From NCBI GenBank assembly GCA_044892525.1, contig CM097885.1, positions 234,300,001 through 234,364,000 of the forward strand: a stretch of 64,000 nt of DNA, written 5' to 3'. Within the stretch, counting starts at the first letter, position 1, and each line of letters opens with the position of its first letter. Under the pieces are notes generated by a model. The model was given only the letters and a program-made list of their open reading frames with translations. It ran no database searches and had not been told where the DNA came from. Made by a program: the position numbers and the translations under genes. Below are positions 26,871 to 60,550 of the stretch, in pieces. Source of the stretch: Schmidtea polychroa. Taxonomy: Eukaryota.

Positions 26871-27565
26871 TTAATAAATGTATCAGCAGTTTCTTTTATC
26901 ATCATTAATAAAAATTATTTTTGGATCCCCATTCTTCATTAACAACTCAACGATTTTATCAATATATATATTCTATAGAAGAGTCAGGAGACCATAAACA
27001 AATTAATTAATTAAGTTTCAACGCAAGCCATTAGTTAAGGGACACTCAACTGATTGTCAGATCAATGGGTTGCTAGGAATGAGGATATTCGGCAATGAAA
27101 TCTTCAACAAAGTTTAAATGAGGGAAAGATTAATTCGAAATAAAATGATATATAAGCAGAGAGCAACAAATAGAAAATGCCAATTGATCGAAGAGAAAAT
27201 TGTTAAATTAAAGACAGTGAAAGAGACGAGAAACAATTTCGAGAGAATAAAAATAAAGAAGATTTTAGGATGATACCAATCGGGCTTCTAAGCATTTTTT
27301 GTAAAGTGATAATAAATTAAAATAGTGGAATAGGATTTCAGTTTTATACTTTTGATTAATGGACACTAGGAGTTGGATCGACATTAAGTTTTATCGACAA
27401 ACATTTAAATATCCCAACATATTTCTGTTTTCATGGAATTTGACAGTTGAAAGGGTTTAGTTTATGTCTTTGATTTATTTTTAAACTTTACGTTCCTGGT
27501 GGACTTTTATTATATTATTTACTTTTTTATTTGTTATTATTATCGCTTTTGACGTATAAAAACCA

Positions 27566-27591
27566 TTCTTCTTCTTCTTCTTCTTCTTCTT

Positions 27592-27636
<45 letters not shown>

Positions 27637-27637
27637 G
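27566..27637. repeat. Compound (CTT)n(GTT)n microsatellite
   Basis: Direct read. Confidence 0.95.
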
Positions 27638-29085
27638 CAAGGTATCTGTGCACTGTGGTGGATATAGCTATTTCCGGTGTCTTTGGTCACTATTTTAATG
27701 TTATTATTTTTTAAGAATCAGCATTTTGTAAGTTTCACTTTTTATTGTATATAATTTTTTATATTCAAAAATTTAATATGATTATGTTTTCCTTTTCCTA
27801 AGAAAGATTTATTTGAAATATTTATCTTTCATATTTGGAGAGTATTTTATTTTGTTTTATTAAAGGTTTTTTAATTTTATTATAAACATCAAATTGCTCA
27901 TATTTATTTGTAAAATTTTCAATTAGTAAACAAATCTTCATTATTTTTTTGAAGGATAAGTAGATAAAAATAAGAATACTCAAACAAATAATGATCACAA
28001 AATATATCATTCGATATTTAGTTTATCATATTTTAGTTTATCATTTAATTGTTCAATACAGGAAACAAATTTAAAACTATTATATACATTCGAATTCTTT
28101 TCGCATTAATGATTATGAATTCGGAAGTTAATGTGCAAAATGCTGTGAACACTAGTGTTTAGAATGTTTCCAAATAGTTTGTGTTGTAGATTGTGAGTAT
28201 ATAAATTGTTTTTGATTTCATATGAATAAAATTTAAATAATTTTTAATTTCAATTTTTATAAACTTTTATATATTGTTAAAATTCAAATTATATAAAATT
28301 ATTGTTGAATTATAAAATTATAAGTCAAAATTATAGCAAAACGCATAATTTTCACAAATATTTTCTCATTATATATAATTACAACACGATATAATCCGAA
28401 ATATATAAAAAAATATAGTGCAAAAAATTATGTTCACTTTTGATAGATTTAGGTATTAAAAGATTAGTGTCTAGAGAAATAAAAGATAATTAATGTAAAG
28501 GTAGTGAAATTTCTTATATTTTGATTTAGTTGAAATTGTTTCGCTTTAAAATACTTAAAGAGAACAATAAAAAGTGCTGAAAGTTACTATTATTTAAAAC
28601 GTCAGAAAAATGGAAAATCTTTTTACTTAGAATCCAAGTGTTTAGAAATCGACGAATGAAACATTAGTAACGAATATCTTTATATTATTAGATATGTGAA
28701 CGGTAAATTAAAAGATGCAAGATAATGAAAAATTGTAAACAGAAAAAATATGTGTAAAGGTTAATTTGCAAAAATGAATGATTTCAGAATTTAAACAATA
28801 CCTTATCCAGCCAATCTGGATATTCTCACATTTATTATATTTGACATATATATTTGATTATGACTCAATTCTAATTTGTGGCGTTTGACACTTTGTGATA
28901 ACAATTTACTTTATCTTATAAGAACTTTCAATTTTCACTTCTGATTGCTTTTCAATTAGCTTTGTATTTATAAAGAAAATTAACTATGAATCAGTTAAAA
29001 TATCGATGTTTACGAATTTTCGGCACAGAAATTAAAATCACTCGAAAAAGGCTTTGGGAAAGATTAAAATTCAAAGATTTTCTTA

Positions 29086-29087
<2 letters not shown>

Positions 29088-29167
<80 letters not shown>

Positions 29168-29168
29168 T
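29088..29168. repeat. (TTA)n microsatellite
   Basis: Direct read. Confidence 0.97.
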
Positions 29169-29935
29169 TATAGATAAAACAAAAGTTGAAGAACAAAATG
29201 GCATGAAATGATTTTTGAGATAATATAACTTTCTAATCTTTGAAAAAGCATAAAAAATACCAATTTTCCGGGTGCTTAATGCAAAATTATTTGTATAATA
29301 ATAATGATCAAAAACAATCTAGCTATTATAACTTAAAAGGCCCTCAAATATATATAATTTGTAAGAAAAGACCACTGAATAAAATAAAATTGGCAATAAA
29401 TATATTCGTATATTGATAGGAATATTCAAACGTATTTATATGCACTTTTATTTATGCTTAAATAAAAAGCTGAAGAGTTTGGTTTTTATTGTTTTTAATT
29501 TTACAAACATTTTTGCAATTAATTAGTGCATTAATTTTTTGTTGAAGAGTTTCAACATTCAAATACCGAATAAATTGCATTGAATATTAATATTTTAATT
29601 GTTATTTATAGACTTCATTTTCCAAAAAAAAGTTACTTCAATTTCCTGCATAGATTATCACACGCGATTATGCCGACAAGTATCGGAAATGATATTTATT
29701 AATAAAAGAATTATATATAACAAACAAGTTAAATAAAACAACAAGTCGTTATAAGTTATTAGTTATTATGTGAGATATTGTTTGGTTTAAACTTTTATAT
29801 GTTTTGAAAGTTTTAAAATTTTGAATTGAGAAAACAGTATTTTATGATTTTTTAGCAAAATATAATTTAAAAAATTAATGATTGAGTTTATTTGAAAAAA
29901 GAGCAATTTAAATTGATATAGTTCGAATTTCAATT

Positions 29936-29976
29936 CTACCTGATGATGATAGTGAGTCTGTGGAAATATATTGTAG
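29936..29976 (+). ncRNA. Minimal type-I hammerhead ribozyme motif (Penelope-like), slightly degenerate
   Basis: CTAC-CTGATGA-T-GATAG TGAGT CTGTG-GAAA-TATA-TT-GTAG: stem I CTAC/GTAG, core intact, palindromic stem-III loop, stem II closing pair mismatched. Confidence 0.55.
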
Positions 29977-31246
29977 TTTAATATATATTTATAAGAACTT
30001 CTTTCAATTAACATTGTATTTATTAATAAACTTGACTATGAATCAGTAAAGATATCGATGTCTTTTTTGATATTCACGAATTTTCAGCACTGGCTTTTTC
30101 AAGTAATTATATATATCTATATATTGGATTGGCATTTTTACTTATATTTAAATCGACGCCATTATTTTGTGACTTTTATAATCAATTGTAATAATCTTCC
30201 ATTTTAATTGATTCAAAATAATTTAAATAAACTGAACCTAGGAATTTATAAAGTATATTTTTTGTCAAATTATTTACATAACAACATCAATACAAAAAAA
30301 CATTAATCTCAGAACAATTATTTTATTTTCTAAAAATCGTTTTTCACAAAGAATTTTGCAAACTTCATTACTTTTCATTACTTCATTAATTTTTAATTTT
30401 TTATTTACTGAACGAACATAAACACATTAAAATAAATTAATTAGAATATTGAATCCTATTCATTGGCAATCTTAGAATAAGTGTCTTATCTCTTAATACG
30501 ATGCTAAGTAAGTAATTTGAGACAACTGTTATGAGTTGGTGCACTTATTGTTATCTTTTTTGTCTATTACCAAAACATGATTCTATTCTTCTTTTTCCAT
30601 TTGACCTTTTACAGGGTAGTTCCAAAATATATTTAAAATTATACATTTATTACCATAGACTTGAGAAAATGAAGAAATTAAACAAAGAATCGAATTCAAA
30701 TCATTAAAACTCATAAAAATGTTAAAATGTAAAGGTTTTATAACAAATATAATATGAAACACCAAAAAATATAAATTCTATGTAAGTAGACTGTGCTCTA
30801 AAAATTTTCCCCACAATTGAATCACTTTCATAGACAATCTAGCAGCTATATAAGAGAGTTTTATTAGTTGAACGAAAAATGCTCATTGCTTATCCACTTT
30901 ACAATAACTGATTAGTATTTCGGATTAGACACAAAAAACTCTCAAGATAAAAACGGTGACAGAAAATATTTACTCCTGAAGTATTCTTGGAATGTTTCCT
31001 TTCAAACTCAGTAAAGTGAAAATCTCTATTCTCTCGAAATTTCAGGTCTCATTTTAAACACTTAAGCATGTAAACAGTTTGGATTCTCTTCGGTTTTAAA
31101 ACAAACGTGCTTGAAGGTACCATATTATTTTGCATTTTCTTTCTTCATTTAAACTAACAAAGGGGCATTTCGAAGTTCTGACATTAAAAACAGCACCTCA
31201 ATGAAACATTCAAACTCATGACTGGAACCAGGCAATCTTTTCAACA

Positions 31247-31288
31247 GCCCAGTGATGGTCTTTTCAAAATCTATATAAATCTTATAAG
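31247..31288 (+). pseudogene. Degenerate planarian spliced-leader (SL) exon copy
   Basis: GCCCAGTGATGGTCTTTTCAAAATCTATATAAATCTTATAAG matches 34/42 positions without gaps to the Schmidtea SL1 exon as I recall it (GCCGTTAGACGGTCTTATCGAAATCTATATAAATCTTATATG). No GT donor follows. Confidence 0.6.
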
Positions 31289-31816
31289 ATGAGACGTAAA
31301 CTATATAAAGTTCCACTTGATGGTTGTATGTAGGCAACAAGTAAAGGAAAAGATTAAAGAAACTGACTAAAAATAAGCGTTAGATGCTCATAAAAAAGTA
31401 ATTGCAAAGAAACTCTGACTTTTCAATTACAAAATTTCTAACACCATACCTCATAGTTGTAACAGAAAATAAACAATTCGAATTATTAAAACAGAAAAAT
31501 AAAGTTCTACGTACGGTATTGAGTGAATATGAAACCACATTTCACAATGATAATAAAAGAAAATATCCAATGAAAATATAAAAATAATCTGAAAATATTA
31601 TATCAACTCGAAAAAATAGATTTAAATAGTTCCACAATAATTCCACAAATTGAAACCATTCATTTGGATTGCGAAAACATTTTCTTTCGATTGGGAATCG
31701 ATGCATTCTTATGCCTGTGTTAGTGTGCATGCCGTGGGTGCATGGGATTTTTCAGTGGGTATGTGTGCTTGGCGCGTATTTAATTCTTGGACATTATTAT
31801 TATTCATTGGTTATTC

Positions 31817-33226
31817 CAGCGGTTTCCAACCTTTATGCTACCGCGCCTCCCCCATCTTTTTTTAATATATATAATAATATAAACACGTTTTAAACAATAA
31901 TACATTAGTCAGTTATGAATCAATAATAATGTGAAATTATATTGTTTTATTAGGTTGTGATTAATGCATTGTAAATTAATTTAGATTTATGGTTCAGAAC
32001 AATGTTTTATTAAATTTTCTATTAATTATCCAGGGTTTTATTAAGTAGTGTTAATGACCAATTTACTTGGTTTTGACAATGAAATCTTTACAGATAATTG
32101 GGATTGACATCAACTTTAAATTATTTTTATCTTTATGTAAATGTTATAGGCAAACAAAAATTGAGAAATATTGACTTAAAACATCGAAAACATTGGAAGA
32201 AATCTATCGGGTGATTTTAATTAGTAATTAAATCGGTTGGATATCGGTAAAATAAAACCATTTGAAGAAATATGGATAAAAATAATCTTTTAATGGGACC
32301 TAGTCAGTTATATTGTACAGTAATATTGCCACTCGTAACTCTTTTTCGACTATTAAACTGGCTCGATATTTCGCATAAATTTTTCGCAAATGGTAGAAGC
32401 ACTTGCATTGCTTTGCAATACAAAAATTCATACTCTCCACTAAGATTCATCCAAAATTGAATTATCGTTTCATTTTGAAACTTTTGTTCTAGTAGACTAT
32501 AATTCTATCAATCTTTCTCTTTCGATTGTTGACAGCTCAAATTCTTCTTCATTGTCGATAAATGGATTCTCTACCCACAAAAAAAAGAAATCAAGGTCTT
32601 TGAAATAATTTGTAAAATGCAGCACCAAACTATCCAAAAGTTCAATAAAAAGATTTTTGCTTGATTCTATATTGGCCGTGGTCCAGAAATTTTTTGAAAG
32701 TGAAAATATATCTAACTCATTCTTTTGTAAATTTGATTTCCATAACTTCAGCTTTTTAATGAAAGCCTTTACTTTGTCTTTTTGAACAAGCGGATGTATT
32801 TGTGATTCCTGGATTGATTTTTTTAAACCGCTCAATTTTCCAAAAATTTCAACCAAATAGGCAAGTTTAACAATAAAGTTATCGTTCGTCCACAAATGTA
32901 CCTCTTCATGATGGTTTTCATCGAGAAAGATTGCTATTTCTTCTTTGAGTTCAAACACCCTTTGAATGACTTTTGCACGAGATAGCCAGCGAACTTTATA
33001 ATAATACAGAAGTGAAATATAATTAGCTTCCATATCAACTCACAGTTTTGCAAACCGCCTAGCTCTCAAGGGACTGTTCTTAATGTAGTTTATAATTTTT
33101 ATAACTTTTGTGAAAATGTTGTTCAGTTCCTCGCTCATATTTATTGACATTAGAGCTGCTCTGTGAAGCATACAGTGCGTCCAGATAGCATGTAGTGCTT
33201 TTTTTTCACCAATGCTTGAAGACATG
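31817..33226 (-). mobile_element. hAT (Charlie/Buster, ZBED5/SCAND3-like) transposon remnant
   Basis: Broken ORFs with HCMLHRAAL, VRWLSRAKV and LAYLVEIF; Charlie-like terminus CAGCGGTTTCCAACCT at 31817. Confidence 0.85.
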
Positions 33227-34230
33227 CTTTGCGTCAGAACAAATAAAGCAAATATACGTTGGGAGTTGTGTTTATTGATTTTTGGAACACGTGGAGTCAG
33301 AGTAACCAGCAGCTGATTTTTAGTATCATAAAACCCAACAAATAGAATGAGTGGATTAGCTTGATTTAGTTAAATAAACCGGTAAGAATAATTATTTGGA
33401 GAATGTGCATACTTTTTCATTTTTTCTCAACCAATCCCAATCTTGTTTAATAGACAAATAGACCAATATTATTTCTTTGTTTGAATTAAAATTATTTATT
33501 GATTCGGATTCGTAATTAACTGCAGGGATAGGGATATCGTATTTGTATAACTCAAAACAATAACGAAATTAGTGAAGAAAAATTTATGTTATGAGCATCA
33601 TGAACATATTTCAAAAATGTTGAATTAAATTTAGACATGCCTTGTGTATTGGTATTTATATTATCTTTAACTTCTAAGTAGCTAGATTTTCTCCAAAAAG
33701 TTTTCATCCGCTCTTGCTTAATATCTTAATCGTTTTCGATAAGTAATTACATCTGTTGTTTTCGAATTTCCATTTATAAGTTATTCTCAATATTTTAATT
33801 ATCATTTTGTTTTTATTTTTTAATTAATTTGCTCTATTTTCAATTCCATAATCGATTTCAAGTACTTTTTTTCCTTTTAATCCATATATCCTATTTATTC
33901 TTTAAGAATAATCTTTTTTTCTTGGAGTAATTATATGAAATATTTATTCTTAAATCTATTTTTATTTACTATTCCTAATTAGTTTATTATTGTGTTTTAA
34001 TATTCAAACGAAAGAGTCCTTAGTTTTCATTGTTATTTGATTAATTTTACATAAAATTATTATTTTTAAAATAATTCTAAGAAAATATATATTTTCAAAC
34101 ATTAATTTATCAGAAAAAATTAGGTATTTGAATTTAAATTACTATATTTATTTATTATTACTATTAAAGGTCAAAATTTTATAAAAAATGCTTTATAAGT
34201 ACATTGATACCGTTAATTTTTACGTACTAG

Positions 34231-54813
<20,583 letters not shown>

Positions 54814-54896
54814 ATTATTTATATTTCGATTTTAAGAATTTCCACAATAAATTGCTTCTATTATAGTTGTATACGGTTATGTTCCTTAGTAATCTG

Positions 54897-57396
54897 CACC
54901 AAACGCCACTGAGAACCGTTTCGTATAATATAACAAAAAAAATCAATAATCTTACATTATAGAAATATACATACTTACTTTGATTTCATGTTGATGTTCT
55001 CATTTATAGCTCAGTGAGATACATCTTATACTATAGAAATCTGAAAAGTGGAAGAAAAATTAAAAACTGCACACAAGCGCAATACATACACCAAACACCA
55101 CTGAGATACATTCTCTATACACCTAACCCCGAAAGTTAACATTGTCTATAATATAAAAAATATAAACAAAACACAGAGATAATACCGTTTGATGTTCACT
55201 ATGATCATGTCATGGCGCTATACACCTAACCGCGAAAGTTAACATTGTCTACGTTGGTGTGCACACCACCTGAGGTGAGTCACCAATTATATGACAATGT
55301 TAACTTAATTTCATTTATTCTATTTTTCAAAAATCATTTTAAGGTAAGTTTTTGAATTGAAGTAATTTTTAGGACTTGAATTTTGATTTTATATAATTAT
55401 GAGATCATTATTCAAGTTCTTAAATATTACTGTTAGTCATCATTTATAATTTATCATTTATAAATATATTAATAATTAAATTTCAGGTGTTTTTTTAGGA
55501 AATTTATGATATTTTATGCATTAATATGGAATTATTTCGCTAAAATGTAAGTTAAATATTTTTATATTTATAAATAAATAAAGTAATCACCATACACATT
55601 TATTTTTTTAATACATTTAGGGAAAAATCGGCGTACATGAACGAAATAGTTTTTTAAATTTTTATAATCTTAAATTTTTATAAGCATTTCTTCTAACGTT
55701 GCATAAAAATTGGCTTCGACAAAATACAACAAATTATTTCCCTGTTCTTCTGAAATAATTTGTTTTCTGCCACTTCTTTTTCCTTTTGTAATTTCGGCAT
55801 ATTTCTTATATTTGTAAATTATTGAAATAATTGAATTTTTGGGGATTCCGAGCAATCTTCCAAATTCTTTATAATTGTCCCCATTTTCAAATGCATTAAT
55901 AAGCCGAATTTTGTCTATTTCTGTAATTCTTTGAAAATATTAATTTGTTAAAATAATTTATTAAAATTTACGATTTGCGATTTTTTTTCTGCAAATTCGA
56001 AGTTGTCGAAGGACCTTCTTCAATATTTGAAATGGTACCTTCACGCAAAGAAATATCTGTTATACTGTAAAATATTTTAATATTTTATATTTTAATGAAT
56101 AAATCTTACATTGTCAGATCTTCAACTTCGCAAAAAGCCACTGTGTCCTGTGAAATATCTGTAAATCTAAAGAAATTTTGTATTCCAAATTATTTTATAA
56201 TTAAATCTTACGATGTATCTTCTTTTTTTTCCCTAAAGCTCAACGTAGAGCAGTCGGAATCTGATTCAAAAGTTTTTTTGTACATAATTTTTTAAATAAT
56301 TTAAAAATATTGATATGTTAATTATATGTTAATCAATCTGAATTTCGCATGAAAAACACTTTACTTAATTTTGTATGTATTTTTCATTATGTGTGCTGTG
56401 CTTGTATGCTTAATTATTTTCTCTAACTTTTTAGATTCCTATAATAAATATGTTAAATTTCGCGGCATTAAATTTCTACACACAGGTAAGTTTGTGTGTT
56501 TCTATAATATATATTTATTGATTTTTTTTAGATTATAGATAATGTTATATTTCGCGGTTAGGTGTAGTGGTGGTTGGTGTGTAAAGCAATTCACTCACCA
56601 ATTAATCATCATCAATTTACTGAATTGCTTACAATAATGAATGTTTTATGGAAATATATTTTAGCCATTTTAGAAATGGCTTTCAGGTAAGATATTTAAT
56701 TTTAAGTAAAGTTTAAGTCTTGAATTTTGATCCATATAGATATGAGATCATTACTCAAGTTCTTAAATTTTACTTTTAGTCAACATTATAATTATAAATT
56801 ATTTTTAATTAATTTTCAGGGATTTTTGATATTTTATGACAAGTATTTTGGAATATTTTCGAAAAAATGTGAGTTAGATATGTTTTTAATTATAATTAAA
56901 TAAATCAATCACCAAAAATATGTATTTTTCTAAAACATTTTGGGAAAAATCCTCGAATAATAAAAATAAAATAATTTTTGTAATTTTTTTTCTGAGCTCA
57001 ATATGAGGAGCTTCTTTAGGGAAAGCAAATCTGGATTGAAAAGACATTGAATCAAATTCATCTGCTCTTGAAAATTTCATTAAAAGTATATTTTTAAAAA
57101 TTTTCAGTGATCTTTTTTTATATAAAAATTGTCTAAAATAGAATTATTATAGAAACGTACCTCAGCGGTGCATTTCGATGAATCAAAAGTTTGTATGTGT
57201 TTTTAGTATTGTTGCGCTTGTGTGCAGTTTGTAATTTTTCTACTACTTTTCAGATTTCTATAGTATAAGATGTATCTGACTGCACTCTAAATGAGAACAT
57301 CAACATGAAATCAAAGTAAGTATGTATGTTTCTATAATGTAAGATTATTGATTTTTTTGTTATATTATAGGAAACGGTTCTCAGTGGTGTTTGGTG
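54897..57396 (-). mobile_element. Tc1/mariner (IS630-like) element with ~185-bp TIRs and transposase HTH remnant
   Basis: 54897-55082 is the reverse complement of ~57212-57396 (CACCAAACRCCACTGAGAACCG...), with TA at the right end. Minus strand 55670-55920 encodes a paired-like HTH ...GRLLGIPKNSIISII...GKRSGRKQII. Confidence 0.75.
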
Positions 57397-58072
57397 TACT
57401 AAAAAAATATACAAACTTTTGATTCGTAAAAATGTAACGATGAGATACGTTTCTATAATAACTTTATTTTAGACAATTTTTAGAAAAAAAAGATCGTTGA
57501 AAATTTTTAAAAATATATTTTTAATGAAAATATCAAGAGCAGATGAATTTGGTTCAATGTCTTTTCAATCCAGATTTGATTTCCTGAAAGAAGCCTTCAT
57601 ATTGAGCTCAGAAAAAAATTACAAACATTAAAAAAATTATTTTAATAAGCGATTTTTCCCAAAATGTTTTGAAAAATACATATTTTAGGTGATTTATTTA
57701 TTTATTTAATTAATTATAATTAAAAATATATCGAACTCACATTTTTTTGAAATAATTTCAAAATAAATAAAGATAAATGTCATAAATTCCTAAAAGAAAC
57801 CCTGAAAATTAATTGAAAATAATGTATAAGTATACTGTTGACTAAAAGTAATATTTAAGAACTTGAATAATGATCTCATATCTATATGGATCAGAATTCA
57901 AGTCTTAAAACTTACTTTAAATAAAAATATTACTTGAAAGCCATTTCTAAAATGGCTAAAATAAATTTCCAAAATACATTTATGTTGAGCAGTAAATGAT
58001 AAATTGAAAAATTGATACAAATTGATAAATTGTAAAGATGATTGGTTAATAAATTGGTGAGTGAATTGCTTT
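56584..58072. repeat. ~600-bp inverted repeat (foldback-like) overlapping the Tc1-like element
   Basis: 56584-57196 and 57409-58072 are colinear reverse complements; a related direct copy lies at ~55340-55640. Confidence 0.85.
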
Positions 58073-58179
58073 TTAAATTTTTTGTTATTTAAACAATAAT
58101 AATGTTTTTTATTAAATAGTTACATACATGGCAATGTTTTAATTATACAGGGTTATTCCCTATTATAAAGCGACTATTC

Positions 58180-58320
58180 ATAATTATAAATCATTTATTC
58201 AATATTCTAAATCATTTATTCAAAATTATAAATGAATTATTCAAAATTATAAATTAATTATTCAAAATTATAAATTAATTATTTCAAATTATAAATTAAT
58301 TACAAATTATAAATTAATCA
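58180..58320. repeat. ~21-bp tandem repeat (ATTCAAAATTATAAATTAATT)
   Basis: About six degenerate copies. Confidence 0.8.
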
Positions 58321-58499
58321 AAAAAAAATAAATTATTCTTATTTTTTATTTTAAAAATTAATTTTGTCCCAGAAGAAGCATAAGAAAGCTACGACAACAG
58401 TGTATAACTTTTATGTATTAATAGCAAACAAATAACCACATAATCATGTCACAGATTGCATTGTAGCACGCAGAGACGCAAGCAGTAGGTAATAAACCC

Positions 58500-58994
58500 T
58501 TCGATATTTGTTGTTTTTTTCACAGCTCACCGGTGGATATATCTAATTTCATAATTTCTATAAATAATTACACTATGGAAATGATGAATTTGAGAAGAAA
58601 TGAAGTTTTAATAGGAAGAATAACCAAGGTTTCTGAATCGAAACTAAAGAAAAATTTAGAAAAGGGGAAAATACTTAGTTTAAAAAGATCTAATGAATAT
58701 ATTTTTCTAGTTGATGATAAGTGCCTAGTCAACATTCGAGATAAAAGTTGCAATTGCAAAGAATATTTCCATTTATGGATTCCTTGCTCTCATATTTGCT
58801 CAGTTATCTATTTTCTCAGATTAGATTTATATAGTTTTGTTTCTGAATACTATTTTAATCAGAAAATTTGGCAATCGTATGAAACTAGCATTCTTCCTTT
58901 AAGTGCGAAAAATCGGAAGAAAGATAATGTTCAGCCACCTAGAGATAAAAGAGGACGGGGAAGACCAAAAATCAAGCGCTTAAGTGCTTTCTGA
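58500..58994 (+). pseudogene. MULE/Mutator transposase C-terminal fragment with SWIM zinc finger
   Basis: CNC...PCSH (SWIM) followed by PP....GRGRPK..R, the typical MULE tail. Confidence 0.85.
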
Positions 58995-59238
58995 AATTAA
59001 ATTTTCTTCTAATATATTTTTACATGTATAATTTTTGAAATTGAAATATAAACTCTACGTAAATGCTTAAAATAATATAAATAAGTCGTTTTTTTTTAAT
59101 ATCTAATTTTTTTCGTGTTTCGTAATTAATGAATAAAATTTTCGCGTTTACTAATTAATGCAATTTTTTTCGTAATTTTAAAAAATTTTTGCGTTTACTA
59201 ATTTATACAAATTTTTTTCGCAATTTTTAAATGTATGT

Positions 59239-60324
59239 CAGCGCCGTCTCTTCCATTGTGCTAACTGTGCTAAGCACAGGGGGTGCCATGAGTGAAGGGG
59301 CGCCGTAAATTTTATAAAAGCCATAAATTTGATAAAATTTGCACTTTCAAATATAATTTATGATATTACAAAAAAAATTATGAATAATTTAAAAAATTTC
59401 CCAAGAGAGGCCACTGGTTGAAAATAATCAAACAAATAGTGTCATAGTCGCAGTGGTTTGTAATATGTAATTGTGAATTGTGGTCCTGAAATATCAAAAC
59501 CATATAGTAAGCTTTTTTTTATAACATTTTCAATTTTGTATACCGGAACAAAAATTTTATTTTTCCTAGGAAAAACATAAACAAACATATTGCATATATC
59601 CATAGATAATATTTAATTAATTTAAAGAAAAATTTAATAATTTAAGTATATTAGCCATTGAGTCTGAATTTTTTGAAAGTATTGACTGTGAAGAAATAGT
59701 TGATAGTTTTGCAAGACATAAATCTAGAAAGAAAAAAATATTGTAATCGTTTTTCTTCATTATACATATTAATTCTATTTAATGTTATATTTTGATATTT
59801 ATGTTTGAAAGAAATTTATTTTTTTCTTATTTTTTTTGTTTAAAGAAAACATTAGACTGTTGAATTTTTGTAAGCTAATGTTAATTTAATATTATTTTTT
59901 TATTGTTTTTTTTTGTTCGTTTGTTATCCTAGTCATTGAAATAAAATGATGTAATATATAATATTAATATATGTATATACAATAATGTGTAATATTATTA
60001 ACCCCTTAACGCGCACTGACGTATATATACGTTCGCGCAAAACCGGACAAAATGTGCAGTAACGTGATAGTTTTTGAATAGTTTTAGTCTATTATTTTTC
60101 AGCTAATAAATATTATTATTTTATTGTTACATTATATAGTTATTTATTGAAATTGGTCCAAATATATATTTTCTTAAAGAAAAAAAATTGATTTTTTTTG
60201 GTCGTTTTTTTTTAAATTGTGCGTTAAGGGGTTAATAAACATAATATATTTTTGTAAAAATTGTTTTTTAGGGGCGCATTATAGTTTATAGCACAGGGGC
60301 GACAAATTTCTAAAGACGCCTTTG
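59239..60324 (+). mobile_element. Internally deleted hAT element
   Basis: Perfect 8-bp TSD ATGTATGT, imperfect TIR CAGCGCCGTCT/AGACGCCTTTG, and internal hAT C-terminus LAIESEFFESIDCEEIVDSFARHKSRK* (~59650-59745). Confidence 0.88.
60002..60231. mobile_element. piggyBac-type MITE nested in hAT element
   Basis: TTAA|CCCCTTAACGCGCA ... TGTGCGTTAAGGGG|TTAA. Confidence 0.9.
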
Positions 60325-60377
60325 ATGTATGTAAATTATTATAATAAATTAATAAAGCGGAGGCACTACATTAATTA

Positions 60378-60550
60378 AAGACTATAAATCAGTAATATAT
60401 CGATTTTTTGTGATACTCACGAATTTTCGGCACTGCTTTTTTCAAGTGAATTTGATCTTTAAAAATAATGATCAAATTCACTTGAAAAAGGCAGCGCCGA
60501 AAATTCGTCAGTATCACAAAAACATCGATATATTACTGATTTATAGTCTT
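60378..60550. repeat. Palindromic (hairpin) dispersed repeat, ~80-bp arms
   Basis: AAGACTATAAATCAGTAA...GAATTTGATC / GATCAAATTC...TTTATAGTCTT. Single arms also occur at ~28983, ~30034 and ~40480. Confidence 0.85.
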
